Positions 13,291 through 25,129 of a stretch of 64,000 bases of DNA are shown here, piece after piece. Both the position numbers and the translations under genes were made by a program. A model generated the notes under the pieces. That model searched no databases. It worked only from the letters and a program-made list of their open reading frames with translations, and was not told where the DNA came from. Each line of letters starts with the position of its first letter. The stretch's first letter is position 1. The DNA is from the human T2T-CHM13v2.0 reference genome, Homo sapiens: the NCBI RefSeq assembly GCF_009914755.1, contig NC_060934.1, one strand, 5' to 3'.

Positions 13291-16200
13291 GCAAGTCTCT
13301 CATCTTGGGGGATGGGGGCAGGTGTATTAAAGTATAATTACATATAGTAAAACTCACCCTTTGTAGTATATGGTTCTGTGAGTTTTGAAAAACACATAGA
13401 GTCATGTAAATACCACCACAATCAGGAAGTAGGATAGTTCTATCTTTCTCCAAAACAAGCCCACTGCTACTCCCCACTGCCTCCCAGACAGCATTGGCTG
13501 TATTTTTACATATGACAAAATGAGGTGGGGAGGTTTCTGTGTTGCCCAAGGTCATTCAGTGACAGATTTGGAATTAGAACGTTTGAATGTGTCTGCTAGT
13601 CCAGCTACCTGGAAAGGTAGATTCCTCAGTCTACAGAGCCCAAGAGGCAGCAGTGGCTTGGGGCACACATGGGGCAGAGGGAGGAAGCCCCTTGCTCTAA
13701 GCTGGAGCCTCAGAAATCCCCACATCTCCCACTCCACGCAGGGCTACTTAACCAAACACCCACTCCTTGGGCAGCTAAGGAACAAAGGTGGCTGTATTCT
13801 GCAAGGCCTAAATCCACAAGTAAAGTTGAGTGGCAGGGCAGCTGCGCCATCTAGGAGCTTAGGGTCCAGTCCAGACCACAGTGCCCAGTGCCCTGGCACG
13901 ACTCCACTGGCCAGTCTGGTTAATGAGTTACTATCCTAGTTAATTTCCCTGCACATCGGGGCCAGACCCCGCGAACCTTCCCGGGCCCTTCTGGCCCCGG
14001 GAATTAGCATAGATTACCCATGCATGAATTAGCATAGATTACCCAGCTTCTGGGGTTCTGAACTGCCCGACTCACTGGAAACCTGCTTCTCCTTCAAGGG
14101 GCTGGAGTGCAGCTCGGGTCTAGCAGCACTTGGAGCAGAGGAACTAGCATATCCTGGTTCCTTCAGGAAGGGGGACACCAGATCTCAGATCCTGCTGCCC
14201 CTTTACCCCTGCCTACGTGTTGGCTAGCTAGAGCCCCTGGGGCAAACCTGGCCACAGAAGGGCAGTTTATAAAAGGCAGGTAGCCTGCAGAGGATGCCGA
14301 CTGACTGAAGTGGGACTGTGGAGCACTCTACCCCTCTACTGCAGCCAGATGTCCCTGCCTGGGGCAGAAGGCTGAGGGGTCCCATCTCCAGCCCAACACT
14401 GTCCTGGTTAAGGGAATAATGATTGCACCTTAGCGCCCAGGGCTGCAAGTTTTAAAAGAGAGAAGGCACCCATCACCCTTATACATCACAAACCATCTGG
14501 GTCTCACCCAATCTCCCAGACAGACTGGATACCTGTTGCCCTAAAGGTCAATGACTTTTATGCCCCCATCCAAGATCACTAAGGGTGGAGTTTCAGTGGC
14601 TCCAGTTTGCAACCTCTGAGTCTCAGGCTGAGTTTGGAGGGTCTGGCCTGAGGGCACTGCCAGAATCTGGCCCTCCAGTCCTCCTTCTGAAGTTTGCATG
14701 AAAGGTGCACTCTCCTGCTTGCCAGGATTCAGGATGCACAGTCTGCCTAAGCTGAGTGTTTGTTTCCAGCCTCAAAAACCTGAGGGCGGACCTCTAGCTC
14801 CACCCTAAGCTTACTGGCTGGGCACAGCCAAAAGACCTCCCCCCTCTGCCATGTCTTCAGGCTCCCTGCTGGCCTAGCTGGGGTTAGAGGAGAGGCCTGT
14901 AACCTCACAGCCTAATTGAGAGAGGGATTTCCAAACTGTAGACAATATTTTGGGGGACAGTGGTCCAGGCCCAAGGGAGGTGCATCTTTAAGTGCACCCC
15001 TACCCCAAGGGCTGGATCCAAAGCCCAGAATCTTTGGGCCTGGAAAAAGGGGAGGAGGAGAAAGCAAAGCCACCTGGAACTGACAGAGGGACAATACTGG
15101 GCTAGGACCCCAGCCCAGAACTTCGAAGCCTAAGGGAAAGGCAGGTGTCTCCCACTGTGAGGGCAAAGCTGAGGCGCACACCTGTCTCATCTGTGAAGAT
15201 GTGTATGTGTGTTCCCTGGGAAGGTGTGGGGTGGGGGCAACAAAGATGATCTCTGCCAGTTCCTCACGAATCTGTCTGGTGCCCTGACAACCCCGGAAAA
15301 CACTGCTCCCAACTCCTCTCTTGCCTGGTTTCCCAAAAGAGGTTTTTGGACACTTGCCCCAACACAACATTATATCTGGAATAAAGGAGTAATTGACACA
15401 AACATAAATATACACCAGATGAAACCAAGGGAGGAAGCAGGTAGCTCGTCCTGAGACCTGTCCCCTCAACTATGCATCTGGTGGCAGTGCAGCCTGGCTC
15501 ACGGTGGACTTCACTCTTCTCCTCCCATTGCCATCGGCTTCCCAGGTTTCACGGCAACCTAGTCACCAAACACAGGCAATTCTGCGTTCTTAGGAGAAAT
15601 GACAGGGGCCTGGGAGTAATAGTTTTAAACGACGCTAGAATTTTTTTTTATCATTAATTGTAAACGTGCAAAATACCTGCTGGTACTTCACTTTAGAAGA
15701 ATGTAATTGGCAAAAGGAAAAAAAGGAAAAAAGAGGCGGCTGATGAATAGATAATAGATCTTTAACCACCAATAAACAGAGAGCAGCGCCAGCAGCCTGG
15801 GGATGTGATCATAATTATGCCGCCGCGCGAGCCAATGGGGACGAGGGAACTCGGTCCTAAAATCATCCCAAAACCGAAGGCGAGCTCGAAAATGCGGACA
15901 CGGCCCGGGACCGGAGATGCGATCCGTAGTCGTTAGTTGCACTGGGTTTGCACAGCAACCACCACCCCCCCACCAACCCCGGGACAACAGATGGCATAAT
16001 AATAATAGAAATAATAATAATAAAATAATATCATCTATAATAATAATAACATTGACCACACTGACAAAAATAATTACGACGGAACCTTAATAGTACAGTA
16101 GCACCATATCGGGCTCTCCCCTGACCTTGGACTGCCGGTCCCAGATATTCCAGAAGGAATTGTTTTGGGGAAGGAGGTGAGCACCCTCCCAGACAGAAAA

Positions 16201-16696
16201 CGCTAGAGACCGTGGGGCGAGAGAGGGAGAGAGTTGGAAGCCCACTGCTCCGGCGGGGTCGGCAGCTCCCGGTCTCAACTCGCAAACGAACGAGCCGGGT
16301 CAAGAATCGCGAACGCACCGACCCTGGGACCTCGAGGCTAAGCGTGGTTGATGGGGTGGGAGGACCCCGTACCCCTCACTCCAGGATCCCTCCTGGCCTA
16401 GGAAACCGCTGGGAGTTTTGCTAAGTGTGGGGATTGGTATAACCGAACGGCGCCTTTAGCCCGGGAACCAGCCCCTGCCCGCTTACCCTCGCGGTGCTCT
16501 TGGGGCGATCCCAGTTCTCCCGACGCGGGGCCGCGTAAGGCAGCAGCGGCGGAGCGCTAGGCTAGAGGAATCGGTCTGTCCGTCTGTCCTACCAGCTTGG
16601 GCGAGGCAGGCTCGGGATTCAGGGGGCCGCAGCGGAGGCGGCGCCGGCCAGGGACTCTGCAGGGACCGGGGTGCCCCGGAGGGAGTGGTGCTGGTG

Positions 16697-16827
16697 GAGG
16701 AGGAGGCGGTGGCTGAGGGGGAGTAGGTGGGGAAAGAGGAGGAGGAAGAAGAGGAGGAGGAGGAAGAAGAGGAGGAGGAGGAGAAGAAGAAACTGGAGGA
16801 AGAGGAGGAGGCGAAGGAGGAGGAGAA
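16697..16827. repeat. (GAG/GAA)n purine-rich trinucleotide tract
   Basis: Seen directly; it accounts for the poly-E, poly-S and poly-R ORFs. Confidence 0.95.
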
Positions 16828-16989
16828 GCCGCAGCGGGCGCCGCAGGAGCGAGTGAGCTGGGAGCGAGGGGCGAAGGCGCGGAGAAGCCCGGCCGCCCGG
16901 TGGGCGGCAGAAGGCTCAGCCGAGGCGGCGGCGCCGACTCCGTTCCACTCTCGGCCCGGATCCAGGCCTCCGGGTTCCCAGGCGCTCAC

Positions 16990-17130
16990 CTCCCTCTGAC
17001 GCACTTTAAAGAGTCTCCCCCCTTCCACCTCAGGGCGAGTAATAGCGACCAATCATCAAGCCATTTACCAGGCTTCGGAGGAAGCTGTTTATGTGATCCC
17101 CGCACTAATTAGGCTCATGAACTAACAAAT
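16990..17130 (+). promoter_or_regulatory. EMX2 proximal promoter
   Basis: CRE-like TGACGCA 16997-17003, CCAAT box 17049-17053 and palindromic homeodomain site CTAATTAG 17105-17112, inside a CpG island about 0.5 kb upstream of the ATG. The exact TSS cannot be read from sequence. Confidence 0.6.
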
Positions 17131-17277
17131 CGTTTGCACAACTTGTGAAGAAGCGAACACTTCCATGGATTGTCCTTGGACTTAGGGCGCCCTGCCCGCC
17201 TTTTGCAGAGGAGAAAAAACTTTTTTTTTTTTTTGCCTCCCCCGAGAACTTTCCCCCCTTCTCCTCCCTGCCTCTAA

Positions 17278-18276
<999 letters not shown>

Positions 18277-19923
18277 TGACCCTTTGGGAAGGGGTGCGAA
18301 CGGAGAAGTTGTCCCCCAGTGCGCTCGAATCAGAGCAGGCTGGGCTGTGCGTGCCCGGCGCCGCGGAGCCCAGAGCCCGCGGGATCCCCAGGCTCCTGGT
18401 ACCCTCGGCAATGCCCCCAACCGTCCTGGCTCCGAGGGGCGCGGACAGGACTCGGCCGCCAGGCTTGCTTTCGACTGCGTTCGACCCTGTTCACCACCCA
18501 CTTTGCGCCCCTTCAGTCCAGACCCGCGGCTTCTTAGTCTTCCACCCTCTTCTGGAGGCGAGAGGATCCTCGCGCCCCGGGAGAAAAGTATGGGATTTGT
18601 TTTTTCTTTCCTGCTTTTCGGAGGCCTGGGGAGGGGCGGGAACCCGTGCGGGAGGAAAGCTCCAGGGCTTGGCGCTCTCGCCGCGACCTGCTTAATTGGG
18701 GCGCCGAGCAGCCACAGCGGGAAGGCAGGTTCGGTCTGGTTTTTGTTTTTCTTTCTTTCTTTAAAAAAAAAAAAAAAAGAACCTGGTCAGGAAACTGTCT
18801 TAGAGGGAAATATCTGTTCGTGTGTTTTCATTTCTTGCGATATTTTTTATTTGTTTGTTTTTCTCTGGGTACGGGGTGGGAGGAGGAGAGTTAAAACTTC
18901 AGAAAAAGGAGTAATTAGTTTACGGATTGGAGTCAGTAAAAGACCTACCTCCGGCGGCAGCCGATCAGTACTCCGCGGCTTGTCCATTCATTAACCCATT
19001 GCGTTCCTGCCGGAGCCTAGAATCGGGTAGATGTCACCCCCCTCCCCATATTTTAAAAAATCAAACCAAAGGAAAAAAAACCCAAAAAGCCTTTTACCCT
19101 TAATCCCGAACTGGATTTGCCTGCATCCTGCCTGGACTGTCGGCTTGTTTTTCTTTGTTTGGGTTTTCGGTGAATCGATTTCCTATGCTAATGAGTGAAC
19201 CCAAAACTCTGAGGCTTTGCTTGAAAAGTTTAGGGCTGCCCTTCCTCATTCGCTATCAGTCATGCTTATGGTCCCCTCACCAGACCCGGAGCCGCTGGGA
19301 TCTTCCTGCGTTACAGACTGTCCTGGCGGTGTCTGCAAGTCGGTAACCCCCCGGGTTTCGATCCCTTCGCTCGCGTTTCTCTTCTAGTTCTCGGGAGCCG
19401 GGAGCCCCGGAGCCCAGTTCGCGAGAGGCAGCAGCGGCTGTAGCCAAGCACACCCGCCGGCCAGATTTCTGTCCCGATCGGGCTTCAACGACTCGCCCCG
19501 CCTCTATACTTTTCCGGAGGGGCAATAAAACAAATAATTTAAAAATAAATCTCCATGAAAACTCTGGAGAGCAGCCCGCCGCCTTTCCACCGTGGGTCAA
19601 AGTTCCCCGAGAGGTTAGAAAGAAGAGAAAGTAGTTTCTTCGGGTTGTGGGCGCCAATCCCCTGGCCAGGCTCTGCGGCTCCCTCCCCTGCCTCCAGCGC
19701 CCGGCGAGGAGGTGGCGAGGCCCGCGGCGCCAGGGCGGCTGCGGAGCCGGCCGAGGTCAGGAGCCTGGGGACTGGCTCCTCTGCGACAGCGGCTGGTTGG
19801 GTGCCGCACCGGTGGAGACCCGGCGTTCCGGGCCGGGCAGCTGAGCAGGCGTTCCCTTCGTGAGCCCTTGGGAGGACCACCGGCCCCCGCAGGTCGAGCG
19901 GCGCGGCTATGCGAAGGCCCTGA

Positions 19924-20274
<351 letters not shown>

Positions 20275-22420
20275 TGAGCACGGAGCTCTGTGAGGGCCTT
20301 CCGCACAGGTCCTGGTAGCTGGTTCCACGCCTGGGCTCGGGATGTATGTCTCAAGGTGCTGGCTTTGTTGGGCTCCAGAAAGGGGCTGTAAGTGCCAATC
20401 TGCCCCAGGTTCTGGGGAAACGCGCCGAGTTGTTTCTCTGTCCAGTTGGGCATGTCCTGGCTAAGACATCCCTGCATTTCTGGTGAGACTTTTGATGAGA
20501 GTGTGAAGACCCTGCTGGGGTCCAGGAAGAGGGAGAGCACAGTGGGGTTTCTGGGTGTTTGGAGCTGGAGGCTGGTAAGGACAGGATGTGGGTTAAAGAT
20601 GAGTTCTGAGCGACTGTGAGCCCACGGCTCACACCGTCGGCTCCAGTGACTTCCCTGAAGGAGATGGGCGATGGGAAGGTAGAGGGCAAGCGTCCTGTGT
20701 GTACCCTATATCAGAGAAGTAAAGTTGGGAGGCTGCAGAGAGGGTCTGCCTCAGGGCACAGGCCTTCTGCACAGCAGGGTCCCTGGGCGGGCCTGGCTTG
20801 GGTTTATCCCAGGGTGGGGAGGGGGTTTAGGACTACACTAGGCGCTACTGTACACGGAGCCGCAGGGCGGGGTCAAAGTTCCCAGCAAACAGTAACGTTT
20901 TTTTTGGGCAGACTAAGTTGTAACACTTTTCCTGGGCAGCTCAGAAAGGTCGAGGCTTTTGTTTTAAAACATGTTCCCCACCCCAAAACCGAGGAGGGCC
21001 TGGCGGGTTTGTGCGGAGCCCGGCACAAGGCGCGGCCCGGCTGATTTCTCCTGGACAGCCGAGGCGGCGGTGGTCTTTGTCCGCCTCGCTGCCCACGCTG
21101 CCTGGAGTCTTTGTGTGCGTGTCAAGCCCCGAGCGCACCGACGCGCGCCTTGGGCCAGCGCCGGGGAGAAATGAACCGTCCTCCCCCTCAATTAGCAAAC
21201 TCAAAGCAAATTAAATTCAGCCTTGTTCCCGCTCAGCTTTTTTCATGGAGCACTTTGGGCGACTGTGGCTTTCCGGGAGAGCAAGACGGACCGGCCTGCG
21301 GCCTCAAAGGAGGGAATGGAATGGATCCCAGGGGTCCAGGGACTGGCACTGGGCTGTGGGGTACTCTTATCCAGATAGAATAGGAGTTGTGGGGGGAGGG
21401 TATCAGAGGTGCAGTCACTGCCATCTCCCTTACCTGTACACCACTGCTGTGAAGATTGGACTGTGTTACTGTCTGGTGGCTAAATGAGGACCCACGACTC
21501 AGCTTTCCTAGGGGGCCGTGGGATGGCAGCCGACTCCCACCTCATTGCTCCTGAGACCTCTCACAGCCGCTCTGGTGAGGCCGGGCCTCCAGCCCCACCC
21601 TGGTGGGAAGTGATGGGACTGGGGTCCGAGGTTGTGTGACCAGCAGCCTGTTCCGGGGCTGTTTAGAAGGAGGGAAGAGGGGGCTTGCTGTCACCTCCCC
21701 TTCTCTTAGTTTCTCTTACTTTCCGTGTAACCCACGGTCTTTCAGAAGCTTTCAGTTTTGAACTCATTTTCCTAGCTATAAAGGTACAGCTGGGTTGGTC
21801 TGGAGGCCTACACACTCCATGTCCCTCCTGGCCTCCTCCAGCCCCATCCCCTTCCTGCTCACCTGTGAGAGTCCCCCGCACGGAGGATGCAGCTCAGGCA
21901 AACCCTGATCGCCTACCCAGGGCCCCCGCCACGAAGAGGAGACGCTATATTTAGGAAACGCCGCCCAGACCAGCAGAAAATAGAAAGCACATTGGGCCCT
22001 GAGGGGAGCTGCAGCAGCGGCGGACTGAGGTCTCTCTTGCACTCGCTTGCTGGAGGGAGTTAGGGACATGTCTCTTTTTCTTTTAATCACTTATTATTTT
22101 TGTAGGGGCTTCCCATGCTTTGCAAGGCTTTGCTCTCAGCGGGATATAGATGCCCTCTGCAGGGCCAGGAGAGATGGGGCTCAGTGCACTCCGGGCCACA
22201 GGGCCCTGGGGAAAGGCTCTTCAGGAAGCCTCAGAAGGGCAGGGAGCTGCGCTTCTGTTCCACCACGCACTAGCGGCCCTGCTCCCTGAGGGCAGGCCTT
22301 GGGGAGGCTGGACCTTAGGACTTGCATCTCGGGGGCTGGGTCTTTGCTGAGTCTGGAACTGGAGTCTGGGCTGGGTGAAAGGATCAGGCACTTGATAGAA
22401 GGGTGCTCTGAAAGAACTAA

Positions 22421-22615
<195 letters not shown>

Positions 22616-22877
22616 AAACATAAACCTAACCCCACAGAAACGGACAACATGGAGCAAAAGAGACAGGGAGAGGTGGAGAAGGAAAAAACCCTACAAAACA
22701 AAAACAAACCGCATACACGTTCACCGAGAAAGGGAGAGGGAATCGGAGGGAGCAGCGGAATGCGGCGAAGACTCTGGACAGCGAGGGCACAGGGTCCCAA
22801 ACCGAGGCCGCGCCAAGATGGCAGAGGATGGAGGCTCCTTCATCAACAAGCGACCCTCGTCTAAAGAGGCAGCTGAG

Positions 22878-22913
22878 TGAGAGACACAGAGAGAAGGAGA
22901 AAGAGGGAGGGAG

Positions 22914-22953
<40 letters not shown>
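22878..22953. repeat. (GA)n-rich tract in the 3'UTR
   Basis: Seen directly. Confidence 0.95.
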
Positions 22954-22955
<2 letters not shown>

Positions 22956-23899
22956 CTGAACGTGCACTCTGACAAGGGGAGCTGTCAATCAAACACCAAA
23001 CCGGGGAGACAAGATGATTGGCAGGTATTCCGTTTATCACAGTCCACTTAAAAAATGATGATGATGATAAAAACCACGACCCAACCAGGCACAGGACTTT
23101 TTTGTTTTTTGCACTTCGCTGTGTTTCCCCCCCATCTTTAAAAATAATTAGTAATAAAAAACAAAAATTCCATATCTAGCCCCATCCCACACCTGTTTCA
23201 AATCCTTGAAATGCATGTAGCAGTTGTTGGGCGAATGGTGTTTAAAGACCGAAAATGAATTGTAATTTTCTTTTCCTTTTAAAGACAGGTTCTGTGTGCT
23301 TTTTATTTTGATTTTTTTTCCCAAGAAATGTGCAGTCTGTAAACACTTTTTGATACCTTCTGATGTCAAAGTGATTGTGCAAGCTAAATGAAGTAGGCTC
23401 AGCGATAGTGGTCCTCTTACAGAGAAACGGGGAGCAGGACGACGGGGGGGCTGGGGGTGGCGGGGGAGGGTGCCCACAAAAAGAATCAGGACTTGTACTG
23501 GGAAAAAAACCCCTAAATTAATTATATTTCTTGGACATTCCCTTTCCTAACATCCTGAGGCTTAAAACCCTGATGCAAACTTCTCCTTTCAGTGGTTGGA
23601 GAAATTGGCCGAGTTCAACCATTCACTGCAATGCCTATTCCAAACTTTAAATCTATCTATTGCAAAACCTGAAGGACTGTAGTTAGCGGGGATGATGTTA
23701 AGTGTGGCCAAGCGCACGGCGGCAAGTTTTCAAGCACTGAGTTTCTATTCCAAGATCATAGACTTACTAAAGAGAGTGACAAATGCTTCCTTAATGTCTT
23801 CTATACCAGAATGTAAATATTTTTGTGTTTTGTGTTAATTTGTTAGAATTCTAACACACTATATACTTCCAAGAAGTATGTCAATGTCAATATTTTGTC

Positions 23900-23905
23900 A
23901 ATAAA
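23900..23905 (+). terminator. EMX2 polyadenylation signal AATAAA
   Basis: Canonical hexamer preceded by U-rich/UGUA elements (TGTAAATA at 23812) and followed by GT-containing sequence. A second AATAAA at 23153-23158 may be a proximal site. Confidence 0.8.
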
Positions 23906-24569
23906 GATTTATCAATATGCCCTCAGAGTAGTCGTCTTGGGAAATTGAAGTGGATCTTTAAAAATGTATCTCAGTAATTTGAGTGTGGTCCTTCCCCAAC
24001 TAGGCTCAAGAAACCCAGGCTCCTCACCCACAAAAGGGCCAGATTGATGGATTCTCAGGCATTTTAAAGAAAGATGAGGGTGGAGAAGGGAGAAGATTAG
24101 GAAAACTTAAGTCCTTCAGAAAAGAGATGGGAGAAAAGTTTTTCAACCAGACTTTGCCCATTGTATGCCCTCCTGAGGGAGTTTAGTTTGAACTTCAGGT
24201 TAAAATGCTTACTTCTCTTAACCTCTGGTTATTAAAAAAAACTGGACATATAGTTACACATTGAGGACTACTCTCCCAAAATATTGGGGAAAACATGTAG
24301 CAGAATCTTGCAACTTCTAAACTTTCTGACTTCAAACCCCAAAGTACAAGTCTTACTTTTCCTTCCTTTCTTTCCTCCTCTCCCTGGCCCCAATCTGCTG
24401 AAGGTGATGGGCCAAGCCCAAGGGCCTCAGCAGCCTTATAAGGCAAGTGTTCTGAAAAACCTTCAACTCTTAATTTTAACATTAAAGAAAAAGTTGTAAT
24501 CAGACTTGGAGGAAACTTAGCTTTTTTCCCTCCCTCCTTCCCCCTTCTGGGGGTACGAGGTTGTTTTTG

Positions 24570-24910
24570 CATGCTTCATTTGCTTCTTATCCTGATAGGC
24601 TGCATTAATCAGTTTTATTTCCATTGATAGAGAAACCTCGTCTGTTCTGTTCGAGCTACAAAGCGTCCTGCGAGCTTTTGTGAAAGTGCAAATCAGTTTA
24701 AGCAATTATCATACCAGGAATATGAAGGGGAAAGAGGAGGCCTTGCCCAGTGGTCTCCTTTAATCTCTTAATCCACGGATCCAGGGGGGCTGCCTGGACA
24801 TAATTTAGGACAATCTCCCCACCCTTTACACTGTGATAAGGCCAAGTTACAATGCAGGGCAAAAATACAAGCTTTGTTAACATCTTGCCTTGAAAAGTTA
24901 AGATTAGACA
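24570..24910. promoter_or_regulatory. candidate forebrain enhancer block 1, 3' of EMX2
   Basis: SMAD-type GTCTG at 24640; TCF site CTACAAAG 24656-24663; OTX-type TAATCT 24761-24766, TAATCC 24769-24774 and AGATTA at 24901; CTTTGTT 24872-24878. Fits the OTX/TCF/SMAD-dependent enhancer known 3' of mouse Emx2. Confidence 0.6.
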
Positions 24911-25129
24911 TTCCGTGCACGTGTGGGGACTATAGGGCACTATGGAAATTTTTTCTTTTTTTTCTCCTCTTCTCTAAAGCAGAATTCATTCTCCGTCTCT
25001 TTCTCCTTTCCCCCATCTCTGCCTGTCTTCCACCTCCCCTCTTTCCCCCCATTTCTGTCCCTCTGTAGAAACCTGGCTGCTCATAGTGCATTTTCACAGA
25101 CTCTTCTTGGAAGGTGTGTGTGCCGTGAG

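Larger units (their letters stand above)
22616..23925 (+). other. EMX2: EMX2 3'UTR (about 1.3 kb)
   Basis: Follows the stop codon, has an AU-rich distal part and ends after AATAAA at 23900-23905. The cleavage site is approximate. Confidence 0.85.

Noticed and set aside
13844-13857. Additional CTCF-like motifs (13844 reverse, about 11875, about 28117)
   Set aside because: Mismatches at the 5' CC core positions; such partial matches are common in GC-rich DNA.
16483-17052. Poly-Ser, poly-Glu and poly-Arg ORFs
   Set aside because: Translations of the (GAG/GAA)n tract, with no other coding evidence.
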